NCBI GenBank assembly: GCA_965226795.1
Contig: CBDDDZ010000005.1
Coordinates: forward strand, 1,920,001 to 1,984,000
Origin: Candidatus Latescibacterota bacterium
GTDB taxonomy: Bacteria > Latescibacterota > UBA2968 > GCA-2709665
DNA length: 64,000 nt
Direction: 5' to 3'
Shown: one piece after another, positions 1 through 10,200 of the stretch
Layout of the letters: each line of letters begins with the position of its first letter
How positions within the stretch are numbered: the first letter of the stretch is position 1
Program-made: the position numbers and the translations under genes
Notes under the pieces: generated by a model
Told to the model about the DNA's origin: nothing
What the model saw: only the letters and a program-made list of their open reading frames with translations
The model's database searches: none

Positions 1-50
1 CCCGTCGACGAACATGGGCGCAGCCCTTTCTTGTGTCAGGGAGAATGCAA

Positions 51-956
51 TTAGAACGTGGTTTGGAGATCCGTCAGAATGCTCGATTCAACTTCCTCTA
101 AGGTGCGCGTCTTTCCTCGCCATTTCAACTTGCCGTCAACAATGGTTCGCTTGGCGTCGTCTACTCCCGCGACCTCATAGTAATCGCCGCCAGTATTCGT
201 CACGTAAAAAAAGCCCGTACAGTTCGACATAGAATATACGACTGCCATATCGTGTCCGACAATCGGCGTTGCCGACAGATGCAAGAGGACCTCTTCCCCG
301 ACCTCAAATTTGGGTTCACCAGAAGAGACTATAACGCTTCTCTCCGAAACCTTTCTACCTCGGACGAGCTTTACGTAAACCGTATTGAGTCCCGTGCCCT
401 TGAGGTATCTGTCAACTTCGATAGCCACCTGGGTTCCGTATGCACACAGTTTTTCTTCCCTAGTGACTGACAAAACCCGTCCGATCACAATCAGATCCGT
501 CATTATCAAGTTCCACTTCACGCTCCTTTTCGGTTCCTTCGCAAACCTATTCCTCATTGCTGAAACTGTCCAAAAGAAACGCTCCACTTGAATTTCTCGT
601 GGTCCGATTTGTATCATCCTCTTTCCGATGGGACTTCGGCCTCTTTCTATCAGCATTTTGCGAATGTATTCATCCTCAAGAATCGAGTCTTTTCCGTCCG
701 CAATGCCCTTTTCAAGCAACCCACTCAGCCATACCATTGCAGCCGAATCGTCCAAAGCCTTTTGTACCTGGCATTGCACATCCGTCGGTTCAACCGCAAG
801 CCACATCACAAGAGCCGCCAATAGCAGGCGCTTTTTCCTACGCATCATCGGCATACCAAGAATCCTCCTGATCATCAAGTAAATACCCGCGACCACTCGC
901 AAAATGATCTCGGATTGAACGACACTCACCATCGGAAAAGCTACGGAAAACCGCAT
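51..956 (-). CDS. Hypothetical, probably exported protein
   Basis: 301-aa ORF in an AT-richer stretch. Internal MMRRKKRLLLAALVMWLA looks like a signal peptide, so the true start is probably near 848. No family recognised. Confidence 0.55.
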   Translation of the reverse strand: MRFSVAFPMVSVVQSEIILRVVAGIYLMIRRILGMPMMRRKKRLLLAALVMWLAVEPTDVQCQVQKALDDSAAMVWLSGLLEKGIADGKDSILEDEYIRKMLIERGRSPIGKRMIQIGPREIQVERFFWTVSAMRNRFAKEPKRSVKWNLIMTDLIVIGRVLSVTREEKLCAYGTQVAIEVDRYLKGTGLNTVYVKLVRGRKVSERSVIVSSGEPKFEVGEEVLLHLSATPIVGHDMAVVYSMSNCTGFFYVTNTGGDYYEVAGVDDAKRTIVDGKLKWRGKTRTLEEVESSILTDLQTTF

Positions 957-1694
957 AGAATCAAACCTTCGGGTTGGCAGGATAACGCGTCAAATTCCAA
1001 AACGTTATTCGGCCAATAGACGCAACGGGATTCGTACGCGACACCCTGACACACGTATTCGCATGCCACCGCTGACTTGAAGTTGCATCACACTATCCCG
1101 ATGACGGTGATCGTGTGCGACGAGACCGGAGATTCCAAACGCCCTCGGTACTTGGCGTTAATTCGACAATATAAGCAGTCGACAATTCAGTAAACCCTAG
1201 AGAAAGGTGGCATTACGGTCGTTCAAATACGTCTTTTCTAAGTTTATAACCGGTGACTTCAACAATCTTCGACGTGCGGGACCAATTCGCCGTTGTGCTT
1301 CCGGCCAAATCCCAGTGAACATCAGCCAAATATGTGTAATTATGGTTAGTCAGAATCAAAACGTAACTTTCAGATCCGCAAGGAGGCTCGCCTCGACCGC
1401 TAGTCGTCAAATAAGCGAGTTTTGTTGTATGCTGAACAGGAAGGCCAATTTGTGTTACGGTTTTGTAGATAGCAATAAACTGGATTCTTGCGGGATATCC
1501 TGCTGACACTCTTGTGTATAACGATTTTTTTCAATTCCGAACGTCTACCCCGATGATTTACCAAACGAGAACCCAAATAGGAACTTTCACTACCATTCAC
1601 CACCACAAAAAAAGCACGCTTAAGACTACCTCCCGATGATTTCGGAATTTGGTTGACGTCCTCGAAGTTTGCCTGAAATCTTATGTACGCTAAC

Positions 1695-2239
1695 TCACCC
1701 ATCCACCGCCCCCACAAGGTTCACACCGAATTCCGCTCCGATTTCGCAGACCATCTGCCACGTCCGGTCGTCCACCTCGATGCCCTCCGTTGCGCGTCGC
1801 TCCGCCGTCCGGAACTCCGGCTCACCAGGGTCGAGGATCTCCTCGAATCCCGGTGCGAGGCGGCTGGATTTCACGTGGCGCATCAAGCCTTCCACTTCGT
1901 CGTAAAACGTCTCCAAATCTGTAAAGTGTTCGATATCGTAGGCATTGATCAGCACGCCGTTGCTGATCATCTCGCGGTCGCCCGCCGCGCACCCCTGGCC
2001 GCTTAGCGCCCCGCCCAATAGTTCGACCATAATGCTCAACCCGTATCCCTTGTGACCCGCTGCTCCCCCCAGCGGCAATATGGCGCCCGGTGGATCGTCC
2101 TTGAAGTCATTCGGCTCCAAGGTGGGCTCCTCCTTTCCGTCGACCAGCCATCCTTCGGGCACCTGGACGCCCTGGTTGATCGCCAACCGGACCTTGCCTT
2201 CGGCCACGACGGACGTCGTCATGTCCACGAGAATGGGAT
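1695..2239 (-). pseudogene. 5'-truncated duplicate (3' half) of the Ldh-family oxidoreductase at 3564-4625
   Basis: Collinear with 3564-4108 at a constant 1869-bp offset, including the stop codon, with scattered substitutions and a different C-terminal tail. The N-terminal half is absent. Confidence 0.85.
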
Positions 2240-2392
2240 GCCCATCCCGCGATCGCGGCGCAGTAGATCGGCAGATTGCTCCAGGTCCGGACTGAAGCGC
2301 CCGAGTTGATCTAATTCAAACAGGACAACACACTACAATAGTGCATTGTCCTGTTGTCGCATTCTCCGCGAAGGGTATTCAGCGAATGGGTA

Positions 2393-3346
2393 TCAGGGCT
2401 GTTCCCGATCCAACAATTGTCCAAATTCCTCCGGACTGGATACCTGGACCGCCGTGCGAAGCAACGCTTTAAGGCGTTGGACGTTGTCAATCGTCTCAAT
2501 GCGAGCAGCCAGAGGATCCGGCGCAGGAAGACCGAATCGAGTCTCCAGTACGGCGAGGATACTCTCCCGGAGCCCTTGCTCAACGCCTCTTTCGATCCCT
2601 TGTTCAATACCTCTTTCGATCCCTCGCTCGATCCCTTTTTCGATGCCTTGCTCGATGCCCTGTCGGGTAAGGTATTGTGCAAAGGATGATTCGCGTATGA
2701 GGTCCATCATGCCCTCCTTCGAGACAATATCAGAAATGGTTTCCGGCGCGTACACCAACCCGCTCAGCAGCGACATACCGGCCAGGTAATCGGCTCTTGC
2801 CGGCATAGCCATTGACCGCGCATTGGCAGTGTGCATACAGTGGCGCAACCATGCCCGTGAAGTCATCCCTTGTGGCGGCCTCATCAAGGGAGCAAAGGCG
2901 ATCAGCCCCGCGTGTCCTGCATCGAGAATCTCTTGACCATGCAGTTCACTCAGCCGAATCACCCTGTACTGCACGTGCACCCGATGGACGGGATGCGACT
3001 GAAGATATTGACCCGGATCCCGTTTACCCGCATCGGGCCGCAGGTAGATGACGCTCGAGTAGACGGCCACGCCATGACGTTCAATGGCCCGCCCGATATA
3101 ACCGGCCATGCGTCGCGGCATGTCCGGATTCGTACTGTCGGTCGTTTGAAATTCGCTGTGGACCAATACCTCAAGGCCATCGACGCGGACGCGAATGAGG
3201 CTGTCGGCGCGGCTTGCCGAAACCGTGAGCTGCTCGGTGTCAATGACTTCAAGAACCTCAACGTCGTCCCGTCCCAGGGTGAAACCAGCGAAGTCGTGGG
3301 GATAGGATTGAATCAGGTGTTTGGAAACCGCATCGAATTGCGCCAT
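2393..3346 (-). CDS. Rpn family recombination-promoting nuclease / putative transposase (PD-(D/E)XK)
   Basis: FDAVSKHLI start, RADSL...HSEFQT...MPRRMAGY nuclease core, GIEQG/GIERG repeats and an LETRFG-type tail. Confidence 0.85.
   Translation of the reverse strand: MAQFDAVSKHLIQSYPHDFAGFTLGRDDVEVLEVIDTEQLTVSASRADSLIRVRVDGLEVLVHSEFQTTDSTNPDMPRRMAGYIGRAIERHGVAVYSSVIYLRPDAGKRDPGQYLQSHPVHRVHVQYRVIRLSELHGQEILDAGHAGLIAFAPLMRPPQGMTSRAWLRHCMHTANARSMAMPARADYLAGMSLLSGLVYAPETISDIVSKEGMMDLIRESSFAQYLTRQGIEQGIEKGIERGIERGIEQGIERGVEQGLRESILAVLETRFGLPAPDPLAARIETIDNVQRLKALLRTAVQVSSPEEFGQLLDREQP
2573..2656. repeat. Seven imperfect 12-bp tandem repeats encoding (G-I/V-E-x)n in Rpn
   Basis: Units such as ccctcgctcgat, gccttgctcgat and acctctttcgat in tandem. 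Confidence 0.85.
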
Positions 3347-3563
3347 TCAGGATGCTCCGGGGAGAGGGACGGCTCCGCGTAAACAAGATACGGGATCGGG
3401 GCGGAAAGTCAATTGCATCCCACGAGTTTTCGGAAATCCGTAAACCGGGGCTGCCAGGCGGCCCGATTAGACCGATCATCAGCCGGCCGCATATGGGCGA
3501 TCATCAACCGCGGGGCACCAGCTCACACCGCTTATATTTGCCCTCGCCGGCCCCAAGACGAAC

Positions 3564-4625
3564 TCAACTCTCCCCCACCTCAGCCAGATCCACCCCAAAT
3601 TCCCCTCCGATTTCGCACACCATTTGCCACGTGCGGTCGTCCACCTCGATGCCCTCCGTTGCGCGGCGCTCCGCCGTCCGGAACTCCGGCTCTCCCGGGG
3701 CGAGGATCTCATCGAATCCCGGCGCGAGGCGGCTGGATTTCACGTGACGCATCAGCCCCTCCACTTTGTCGTAGAACGTCTCCAGATCCGTGAAGTGTTC
3801 GATATCGTAGGCATTGATCAATACGCCGTTGCTGATCATCTCCCGGTCGCCCGCCGCGCACCCCTGGCCGCTTAGCGCCCCGCCCAATAGTTCGACCATA
3901 ATGCTCAACCCGTATCCCTTGTGACCCGCTGCTCCCCCCAGCGGCAATATGGCGCCCGGTGGATCGTCCTTGAAATCGTTCGGTTCCGTTGTGGGCTGAC
4001 CCTTCGCGTCAATAAGCCACCCTTCAGGAACCTGCACGCCCTGGTTGATCGCCAACCGGACCTTGCCTTCGGCCACGACGGAGGTCGTCATATCCACGAG
4101 AATCGGATCGTGGTCACGGCGCGGCGCCGCGAATGCGATCGGATTCGTACTCAACCTGCCGTCAATGCCTCCAAATGGCGAAATCTGGTATCCCAACCGG
4201 CCCGCATTCACGAAAATCTGCCCGATCATCCCCGCCTTTGCGATCATTAACGGATACGCACCCACCCGCCCGATATGGCTCGTATTGCGCAGCACCACGG
4301 TAGCCACCCCGCTCCGGCGGGCTTTCTCCATCGCCAGCCGGGTCGCAAAAGTGGCCCCAACCTGTCCCATGGCGCCGCGGCCGTCCACGACGGCAGTACA
4401 AGCGCGTTCACTCACCACCTCCGGGGACGCATTCGGACTGAACCGGCCGTCCTGCACCGCCTTCGCATACTCGTAAAAGCGGATGGCGCCGTGGGAATCG
4501 TGCCCGTACAGATTGGAATCCACCAGATGGTCCACCACCGTCCGCGCATCCTCGTCGCTGCATCCTGCAGCCCGGAACAGCGTGCACCCCACCTCTCGCA
4601 ATACGTCGGGCTTGAATCTTGGCAC
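3564..4625 (-). CDS. Ldh_2 family oxidoreductase (malate/L-lactate/sulfolactate dehydrogenase-like)
   Basis: GHDSHG, HIGRVG, STNPIAF, DMTTS and GHKGYGL motifs. GTG start at 4625 is preceded by GGAAGGAG. Confidence 0.9.
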   Translation of the reverse strand: MPRFKPDVLREVGCTLFRAAGCSDEDARTVVDHLVDSNLYGHDSHGAIRFYEYAKAVQDGRFSPNASPEVVSERACTAVVDGRGAMGQVGATFATRLAMEKARRSGVATVVLRNTSHIGRVGAYPLMIAKAGMIGQIFVNAGRLGYQISPFGGIDGRLSTNPIAFAAPRRDHDPILVDMTTSVVAEGKVRLAINQGVQVPEGWLIDAKGQPTTEPNDFKDDPPGAILPLGGAAGHKGYGLSIMVELLGGALSGQGCAAGDREMISNGVLINAYDIEHFTDLETFYDKVEGLMRHVKSSRLAPGFDEILAPGEPEFRTAERRATEGIEVDDRTWQMVCEIGGEFGVDLAEVGES

Positions 4626-4654
4626 GTTAACTCCTTCCGGCAAAAAGTATAAGG

Positions 4655-5043
4655 CCGCGCCGGGTGTGGGCATCCACACTCCGGTAGGCTTTGCTTACCG
4701 GTCCAAGACGGAAATAGTTGCCCCAGCCTACCAGCTTTCGGTTCAGGTGGGCAATCCGTTCTTGAAGGTCTTTCAGCAACCACCGTCGCGCTGTGGCCTC
4801 GCTGATGGCCCGACAGATGTGCCGGATGGCCTTCTTTGACGGGCGCGTGCCGATATAGGCCTTGCCCGTCTTTGGCGAGTAACAGCGACCGATGGTGTAG
4901 CCCAGAAAGTCAAATCGTCCTTCTGGAAGCGTGCATACGCTCGTCTTCTGCTCATTGACGGTCAACTTAAGCGCTTTCATGATGGATCGCATCACGCGCA
5001 TCGCTTCTTGTGCGGTGCCGCGACAGCAAATCACAAAATCGTC
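4655..5043 (-). mobile_element. Group II intron reverse transcriptase/maturase fragment
   Basis: DDFVICCR, LKLTVNEQKT, FDFLGY and LNRKLVGWGNYF (late RT blocks plus domain X). Truncated at the YADD motif and at the 3' end. Confidence 0.85.
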
Positions 5044-5390
5044 CCGGCATCAGCGCCGAGCCCGGCATGTACGAGATATTCTACCTGCCTGCTGTGTTTC
5101 ACACGATACGGCCGAACGATAATCCTTTTCCCGACCAGGATCAAGCACAAAGCGATTCTATCGTCGCGGCTGAGGAAAACCGCACGGCAGATGACATGCC
5201 TGTCGGCTGGCGTCAGGCGCGCGCGGATCACCCATTTGAGTGACGACACGCCACCTGGCCACAGGTAAAGGCTTCTGCAACTTCCTAACCTGACCAATTC
5301 ATGAATTGTCACGGTTAGCTGCCTTAGTCGCCAATCAATCAACTCAACCTCCGCATAATGGCTTGTCGAGCCGTTTAGCAAGCGGGCGTG

Positions 5391-5417
5391 AAGGTGGGGC
5401 AGACATTCCTGTCTGCC
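5391..5417 (+). repeat. REP-type palindrome (GTGG guide)
   Basis: aaGGTGGGGCAGACATTCCTGTCTGCC hairpin; inverted partner at 5741-5768. Confidence 0.8.
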
Positions 5418-5477
5418 GTTCTCAATGTCCGTCTCCCGGAACGCAGACAGAAGAAGGGCTTGCGCCGCCTTTATAGC

Positions 5478-5503
5478 GTAGGGGCGACCGGCCGGTCGCC
5501 CCC
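5478..5503 (+). repeat. REP-type palindrome (GTAG guide)
   Basis: GTAGGGGCGACCGGCCGGTCGCCCCC: GTAG tetranucleotide followed by a GC hairpin. Confidence 0.75.
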
Positions 5504-5512
5504 TTCACGCAT

Positions 5513-5710
5513 TCAGGCTTTTGAGGGATCTTCCCACTCGGTGTCAGTCCACGGTTCGGGGTGTCCCTTGAGCCAAAGCTTACGCGCTGCCTTAAAGGCG
5601 CGGCGTTTGTCCCGAGGGATCGCGTCAGCGAGGCGAAACGTGATCCAATAGATAGCGCCGTCCTTCTTCCAGTGCGGGAGACGGCGGCGAGTCGTGGCGT
5701 GCCCGGACAC
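5513..5710 (-). pseudogene. N-terminal fragment of a REP-associated tyrosine transposase (RAYT-like)
   Basis: RRRLPHW..DGAIYWITFRLAD matches RAYT N-termini. It stops before the HUH motif and sits among REPs. Confidence 0.7.
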
Positions 5711-5740
5711 AGGATTCTGAGGTTTCGGTTTAATTTATGT

Positions 5741-5768
5741 GAGCAGACAGGAATGTCTGCTCCACCTT
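5741..5768 (-). repeat. REP-type palindrome, inverted copy of 5391-5417
   Basis: Reverse complement reads aaggtggagcagacattcctgtctgctc. Confidence 0.8.
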
Positions 5769-5866
5769 TTCAAGCTTTGGTTCGAGGTATCGATTGAGCG
5801 CGTGAACCATCTGAGACAAATCGCCTGTATTTGCTTCCACTTTCCGAAGCAGCAAGGTGTCACGTG

Positions 5867-6904
5867 TCAATCCCCGGATACCTCTCCGGTTGTTTGCATG
5901 TGCGTTTCGTACGTTTGTTTCCTGTATTGTACCGCGGTCATTCCGTGTTCCGACATGCGAAGCTGAAAATACTGACGTCCAATGCCGCTTTTTTCGGCTG
6001 CCCGGGACACATTTCCGCTCGTTTGGACGAGTGCCCTGTGCAGATACTCTTTTGTGAACCGGTCCATGCAGACCCTTCGGGCGTCCTTGTACGGCAAACT
6101 ATAGATGCCTCGGTCAGGTCTCATCTCCGCGTCTTGAACCTCGGAGGGCAGGTCGTCAGGCGTTATAACGTCTCCCTCGGTAAGCGCAAGAGTGCCTGCA
6201 ATGGTATGAGCGAGTTCCCTGATATTGCCCGGCCAGTCATAGCCCTCCAGCAAAGCGCCGGTTTCGAGAGAAATCCTGCAGCCTGTTTTTCCGACGTCAC
6301 CGAACTGACCCAGAAAGTGGGCGACCAGAAGCGGAATGTCGCTTCGACGTTCCCTCAGAGCCGGCAGATGCAGATGAATAACCCGGAGACGGTAATATAG
6401 ATCGTTTCGAAAACGCCCCGATTCGACACCCTGCTTCAGATCTCTGTTCGTCGCAGCGACCACCCGGACACCCGCCCTTTTCCAACGGTGATCGCCAACC
6501 GTCCGGTATTCGCCCTCCTGAATCAGGCGCAGCAACTGCCGCTGCAGCGGCTCATCGAGTTCACCCACTTCGTCGAAAAAGAGCGTTCCGCCCCGTGCGA
6601 CCCCTACCAGCCCCGGGCGGGACTCCGTGGCTCCGGTGAACGCCCCCCTGACATGCCCGAACAGTTCGCTCCGCCCCATTTCCTTCGCCAGCATACCGCA
6701 GTCCACAACCACAAATGGCGCGCCGGCACGGGGGCTGTGGTCGTGGACCTCGCGGGCGATGAGTTCCTTCCCGGTCCCGGACTCGCCGGTGATGAGAACG
6801 GGAAGTTCACTCTCTCCTGCGCGGCGCGCAAGCATTCGCACCGCGCAGAACGCGGGATGAACGCCCACCATCGGATCGTTCCTGCATCTGGACCGCTCAG
6901 TCAT
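5867..6904 (-). CDS. Sigma54-dependent activator (bEBP) lacking an N-terminal input domain
   Basis: GESGTGKE, ELFGH..GAFTGA, FFDEV, RVVAATN, DLYYRL, WPGNIREL and a Fis-type HTH. The AAA+ domain begins about 12 aa after the start. Confidence 0.9.
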   Translation of the reverse strand: MTERSRCRNDPMVGVHPAFCAVRMLARRAGESELPVLITGESGTGKELIAREVHDHSPRAGAPFVVVDCGMLAKEMGRSELFGHVRGAFTGATESRPGLVGVARGGTLFFDEVGELDEPLQRQLLRLIQEGEYRTVGDHRWKRAGVRVVAATNRDLKQGVESGRFRNDLYYRLRVIHLHLPALRERRSDIPLLVAHFLGQFGDVGKTGCRISLETGALLEGYDWPGNIRELAHTIAGTLALTEGDVITPDDLPSEVQDAEMRPDRGIYSLPYKDARRVCMDRFTKEYLHRALVQTSGNVSRAAEKSGIGRQYFQLRMSEHGMTAVQYRKQTYETHMQTTGEVSGD

Positions 6905-7006
6905 ATTTCGGCACCGGGTCCGCCCGTCCGGACGTGTGAGGGGAAAATCGGTTTCAAATTACGGTATGCCGGCAATACTCGCGTACATGCTTTAAAGGTT
7001 CCATTC

Positions 7007-7022
7007 TGCAATTGTCGTACCT
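7007..7022 (-). promoter_or_regulatory. Sigma54 (-24/-12) promoter of the short bEBP gene
   Basis: Minus strand AGGTACGACAATTGCA, i.e. GG-N10-GC, close to TGGCAC-N5-TTGCA, about 100 nt upstream of the ATG. Confidence 0.7.
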
Positions 7023-7065
7023 GAAAATAAAAAAACGCCCTGATTTATCACAGACGCTTTAAAAA

Positions 7066-7078
7066 CAATGACTTGATT
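7066..7078 (-). promoter_or_regulatory. IHF-type binding site
   Basis: AATCAAGTCATTG matches WATCAANNNNTTR, in an AT-rich stretch between the palindromes and the -24/-12 element. Confidence 0.55.
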
Positions 7079-7209
7079 ATTCACCCTTAAAGCGTAATCA
7101 ACCGGAGTTCGTCCTTTCGGGTGTTTACTCACGTCGACGCCCACTTTACCGGGAAGAACGACATCACGGAGCGCACGCGTAACCTGTTGATACCAATGAG
7201 GAAATCGAC

Positions 7210-7267
7210 TGTCAACGCGAGTTGACATGAGTCTTGAATACTGCCCGCCTGTCAACCGGCGTCAACA
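7210..7267. promoter_or_regulatory. Putative upstream activator sequences (TGTCAAC-N4-GTTGACA)
   Basis: Perfect palindrome at 7210-7227, imperfect copy TGTCAACCGGCGTCAACA at 7250-7267, weaker copy at 7122-7139. Confidence 0.6.
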
Positions 7268-10200
7268 CGCGTCCCGAAGTCCGTGACGCTCCAGTTTTTT
7301 GTATAGGCCGGATCGCGTAACCCCCAGTTCCGAAGCCGTTCGGGTTATGTTCCCATTGTTCTTGTCGAGAATCTGGGAAAGATACCGCTTTTCTACCGAT
7401 TGCAGAAACACTCTCAAAGTGCCTGCCGTCCCATCATCACCATCCGCTTCATGACGTAGGCGTTCAGAAAGCAATTCCACGTCTAAGACGCCTCCATTCT
7501 CCACCAGCGCCACCGCACGGCGTATCTCGTTATCCAGCTGGCGCACATTACCGGGCCAGCCGTAATTCATCAGTGCCTTCACCGCCCCCTCCGTGAAACC
7601 CGCCACGGCTTTCCCGGCTTCGCGGGCGGCGTTCCGCATCAGATGCTCCGCCAGCAGGGGAATATCGTCCATTCTGTCCCTCAGCGCCGGCATCTTGATG
7701 GGCAGCACCAGAAGGCGATAGTATAGATCTTTCCGAAACGCCCCCGCAGATACAGCCTCCTCCAGATCCGCATTCGTTGCCGCAATGACGCGGACGTTTA
7801 CCTTTCGCGGCACGCTCTCACCCAACCGCCGGACCTCACCGCTCTGCAGCACCCGGAGCAGGCTGGCCTGGACCTCGTGCGAGGCATCTGCGACCTCATC
7901 AAGAAAGACCGTGCCGCCATGAGCGGTCCCAAACAGCCCGGCGCGATCCGACATGGCACCGGTGAACGAACCCTTCTTGTGGCCGAATAATTCGCTATGC
8001 AACAACTCTCCCGATAGCGCTCCGCAATTCTGTGACAGAAACATGCGATCTTTGACGACGCTGTTATCGTGGACGGCACGGGCCGCCAGTTCCTTGCCCG
8101 TTCCTGTCTCTCCCTGTATAAGTACCGTCAAATTCGTATTGGCCGCCCGCTCGATCAGTCGATAGACCGCCTGCATCGCACGACTGGCTCCTACCAGCCC
8201 GCCCAACCCCTTCGTGCCGGACTCAAGATGCTCCCGGTACAATGACCGTTCCTTTAACAGGCTTCTCATCCGGTCCTGAACCACGCCAACGGACAACAGT
8301 CCGGCAAGCGCGATCAGGAATCTCCGGTCCGCTTCGGAAACGGCGTTTCCAATACCGCGACGGTCCAAATACAATGCTCCCACCGAACCTGTCTCTTGAT
8401 GGTATAGCGGCACGCACACCACCGAGCGGACGTCGAGGTCGAACACACTCTGCCGTTTCTTGATTGGCTTATCCGCCGCAGCGTCCGCACCAAAAAACGG
8501 TTCGTTGTTCCCGATTGCCCGCTGCACCACGCCCCGGTTGATGTGCTGCGACGCTGCACTTCCCCCCTCGCGAGACCGTGCCATTCCGGTACGCAACGCG
8601 CCTGACGTGGCATCTTTTAAAACGACCATTGCCCTGTCCGCACCCACCACCTTCAAACAGGCGTCCAGCGTCGTGTCCATCAGTGAAGTCGGATCGAGGC
8701 CCCGACCCAGATCCTCTGCAAGCTCGGAAATGGCCGCTACCCTGTTATTTGTTGGCCGAGACTCTGCTGCACCCACAGATTCAGATCGTTCTTCCAGCCG
8801 TGCCAACCTGGAGAGTAGATTGGACGCTTTCCGGGCATAGAAGGGTGTCTGCAGGGCCTTCGCTTTGCGTTCTGCCGCCTCCAGACGCAAACGCGCCATA
8901 TCCAGATTGCCATGCTCAAGGTAAAATCGACCACCCGCAAGCAACGAGCGGAACCATTCGAACCGCTGGCTTACCTGGTTACTCGCGACCGCCCTGTTGA
9001 ACGCGTCCTCGGCCTCTTCACGTCGTTTCGCAGCGGCTGACGCGACCCCGATGCCGCGCCAGGCCACCGTAGGCGTTTCGCCGGCCATTTCGGTGCCTGA
9101 CCGGGCTCTGTCTGCCCACCTCACCGCTTCGGCGGCATTTCCCAGAGCTGCGTGAGCCTCGGCCATCAGGCCAAATGCCCAGTACAGCTGTTCCGCATCC
9201 TTCACATGCGACAGAATCTCCACGGCCTTTTTTCCGTGCGCCACTGCGGCCTTTGCATCTCTATTCTCCAGCGCAATCGAACCGAGATAAAAATGGCTCA
9301 CGCCTTCTGTCGCCGTTCGTCTCCAATCACGGTTTGACAGTTTCTGTGCCTGAAAGATCTCTTCAGCACGTTCGAAATTGCCGGTTCGAAAGGCGGTCAC
9401 TCCGATCAGGTCCATGTTATCGATATTTCCGGCCGGTTCCCCCGCTTTCTTTGACCACTCCAGAGCAGACTCGAACAGTGTGTGAGCGTCTTCAAGGCGC
9501 CCGTCCAGGTGTGCAATATAAGCGTCGAAATAGCTGGCTCTCGACCTGCCCAAAGCGTCACCGGCCCCTGCGTAATGATCGGATATTAGCTTAATTTGAA
9601 CCCTGGCTTCCTCTCGTCTTTCCATGTGTTCATATAGAGATGCCAACCACCGCCTCGTTTCTCTCTCCTTTCCCGATAGTCCGAGCCTTTGGTAGATGGC
9701 AATAGCGTCCAGAAACGACCGTTCCGCTTGATCGAACGACCGGGAACGGGCGTTTACAATGCCGAGTTGGCACAGAACCAGCGCCTTTTCAACGGGGGTC
9801 TCTTCTGAAACAAGCGACAATGCATCCTGCATTTTTTCATTTGCTTCCTCGATGAAACCACGGGAAGACAAGGCGTTCGAAAAGTCGCAAAGGAACCTGA
9901 CCCTGGATTTTATTTTCCCAATCGGTACACCGGCTAAATCATCCCCTTGAAGACCCGGTTCCGATACGTTCTTAAAAATGCTTAATGCACGGTCAACGGC
10001 ACGTACATTAAGCGCGTGCTTACCGGCCTGAATGAGGTATTGATCGGCCTTCTCGACTTCCCCGGATTTCAGGTAATGAAACGCCAGGTCTTCCACTGCC
10101 TGCGGCCTCGATTCGGAATTCAGGACCTCCAGTGCCCCGGCGACCTCCCGATGCAAGAGAATACGCCTCTCTGCATCCAGACTATTGTAAATCGTGCGCC

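Noticed and set aside
4655..5043. Retron, DGR or defence RT
   Set aside because: The motifs (FDFLGY, GWGNYF) are group II intron type, the gene is a fragment, and no template/variable repeat pair was seen.
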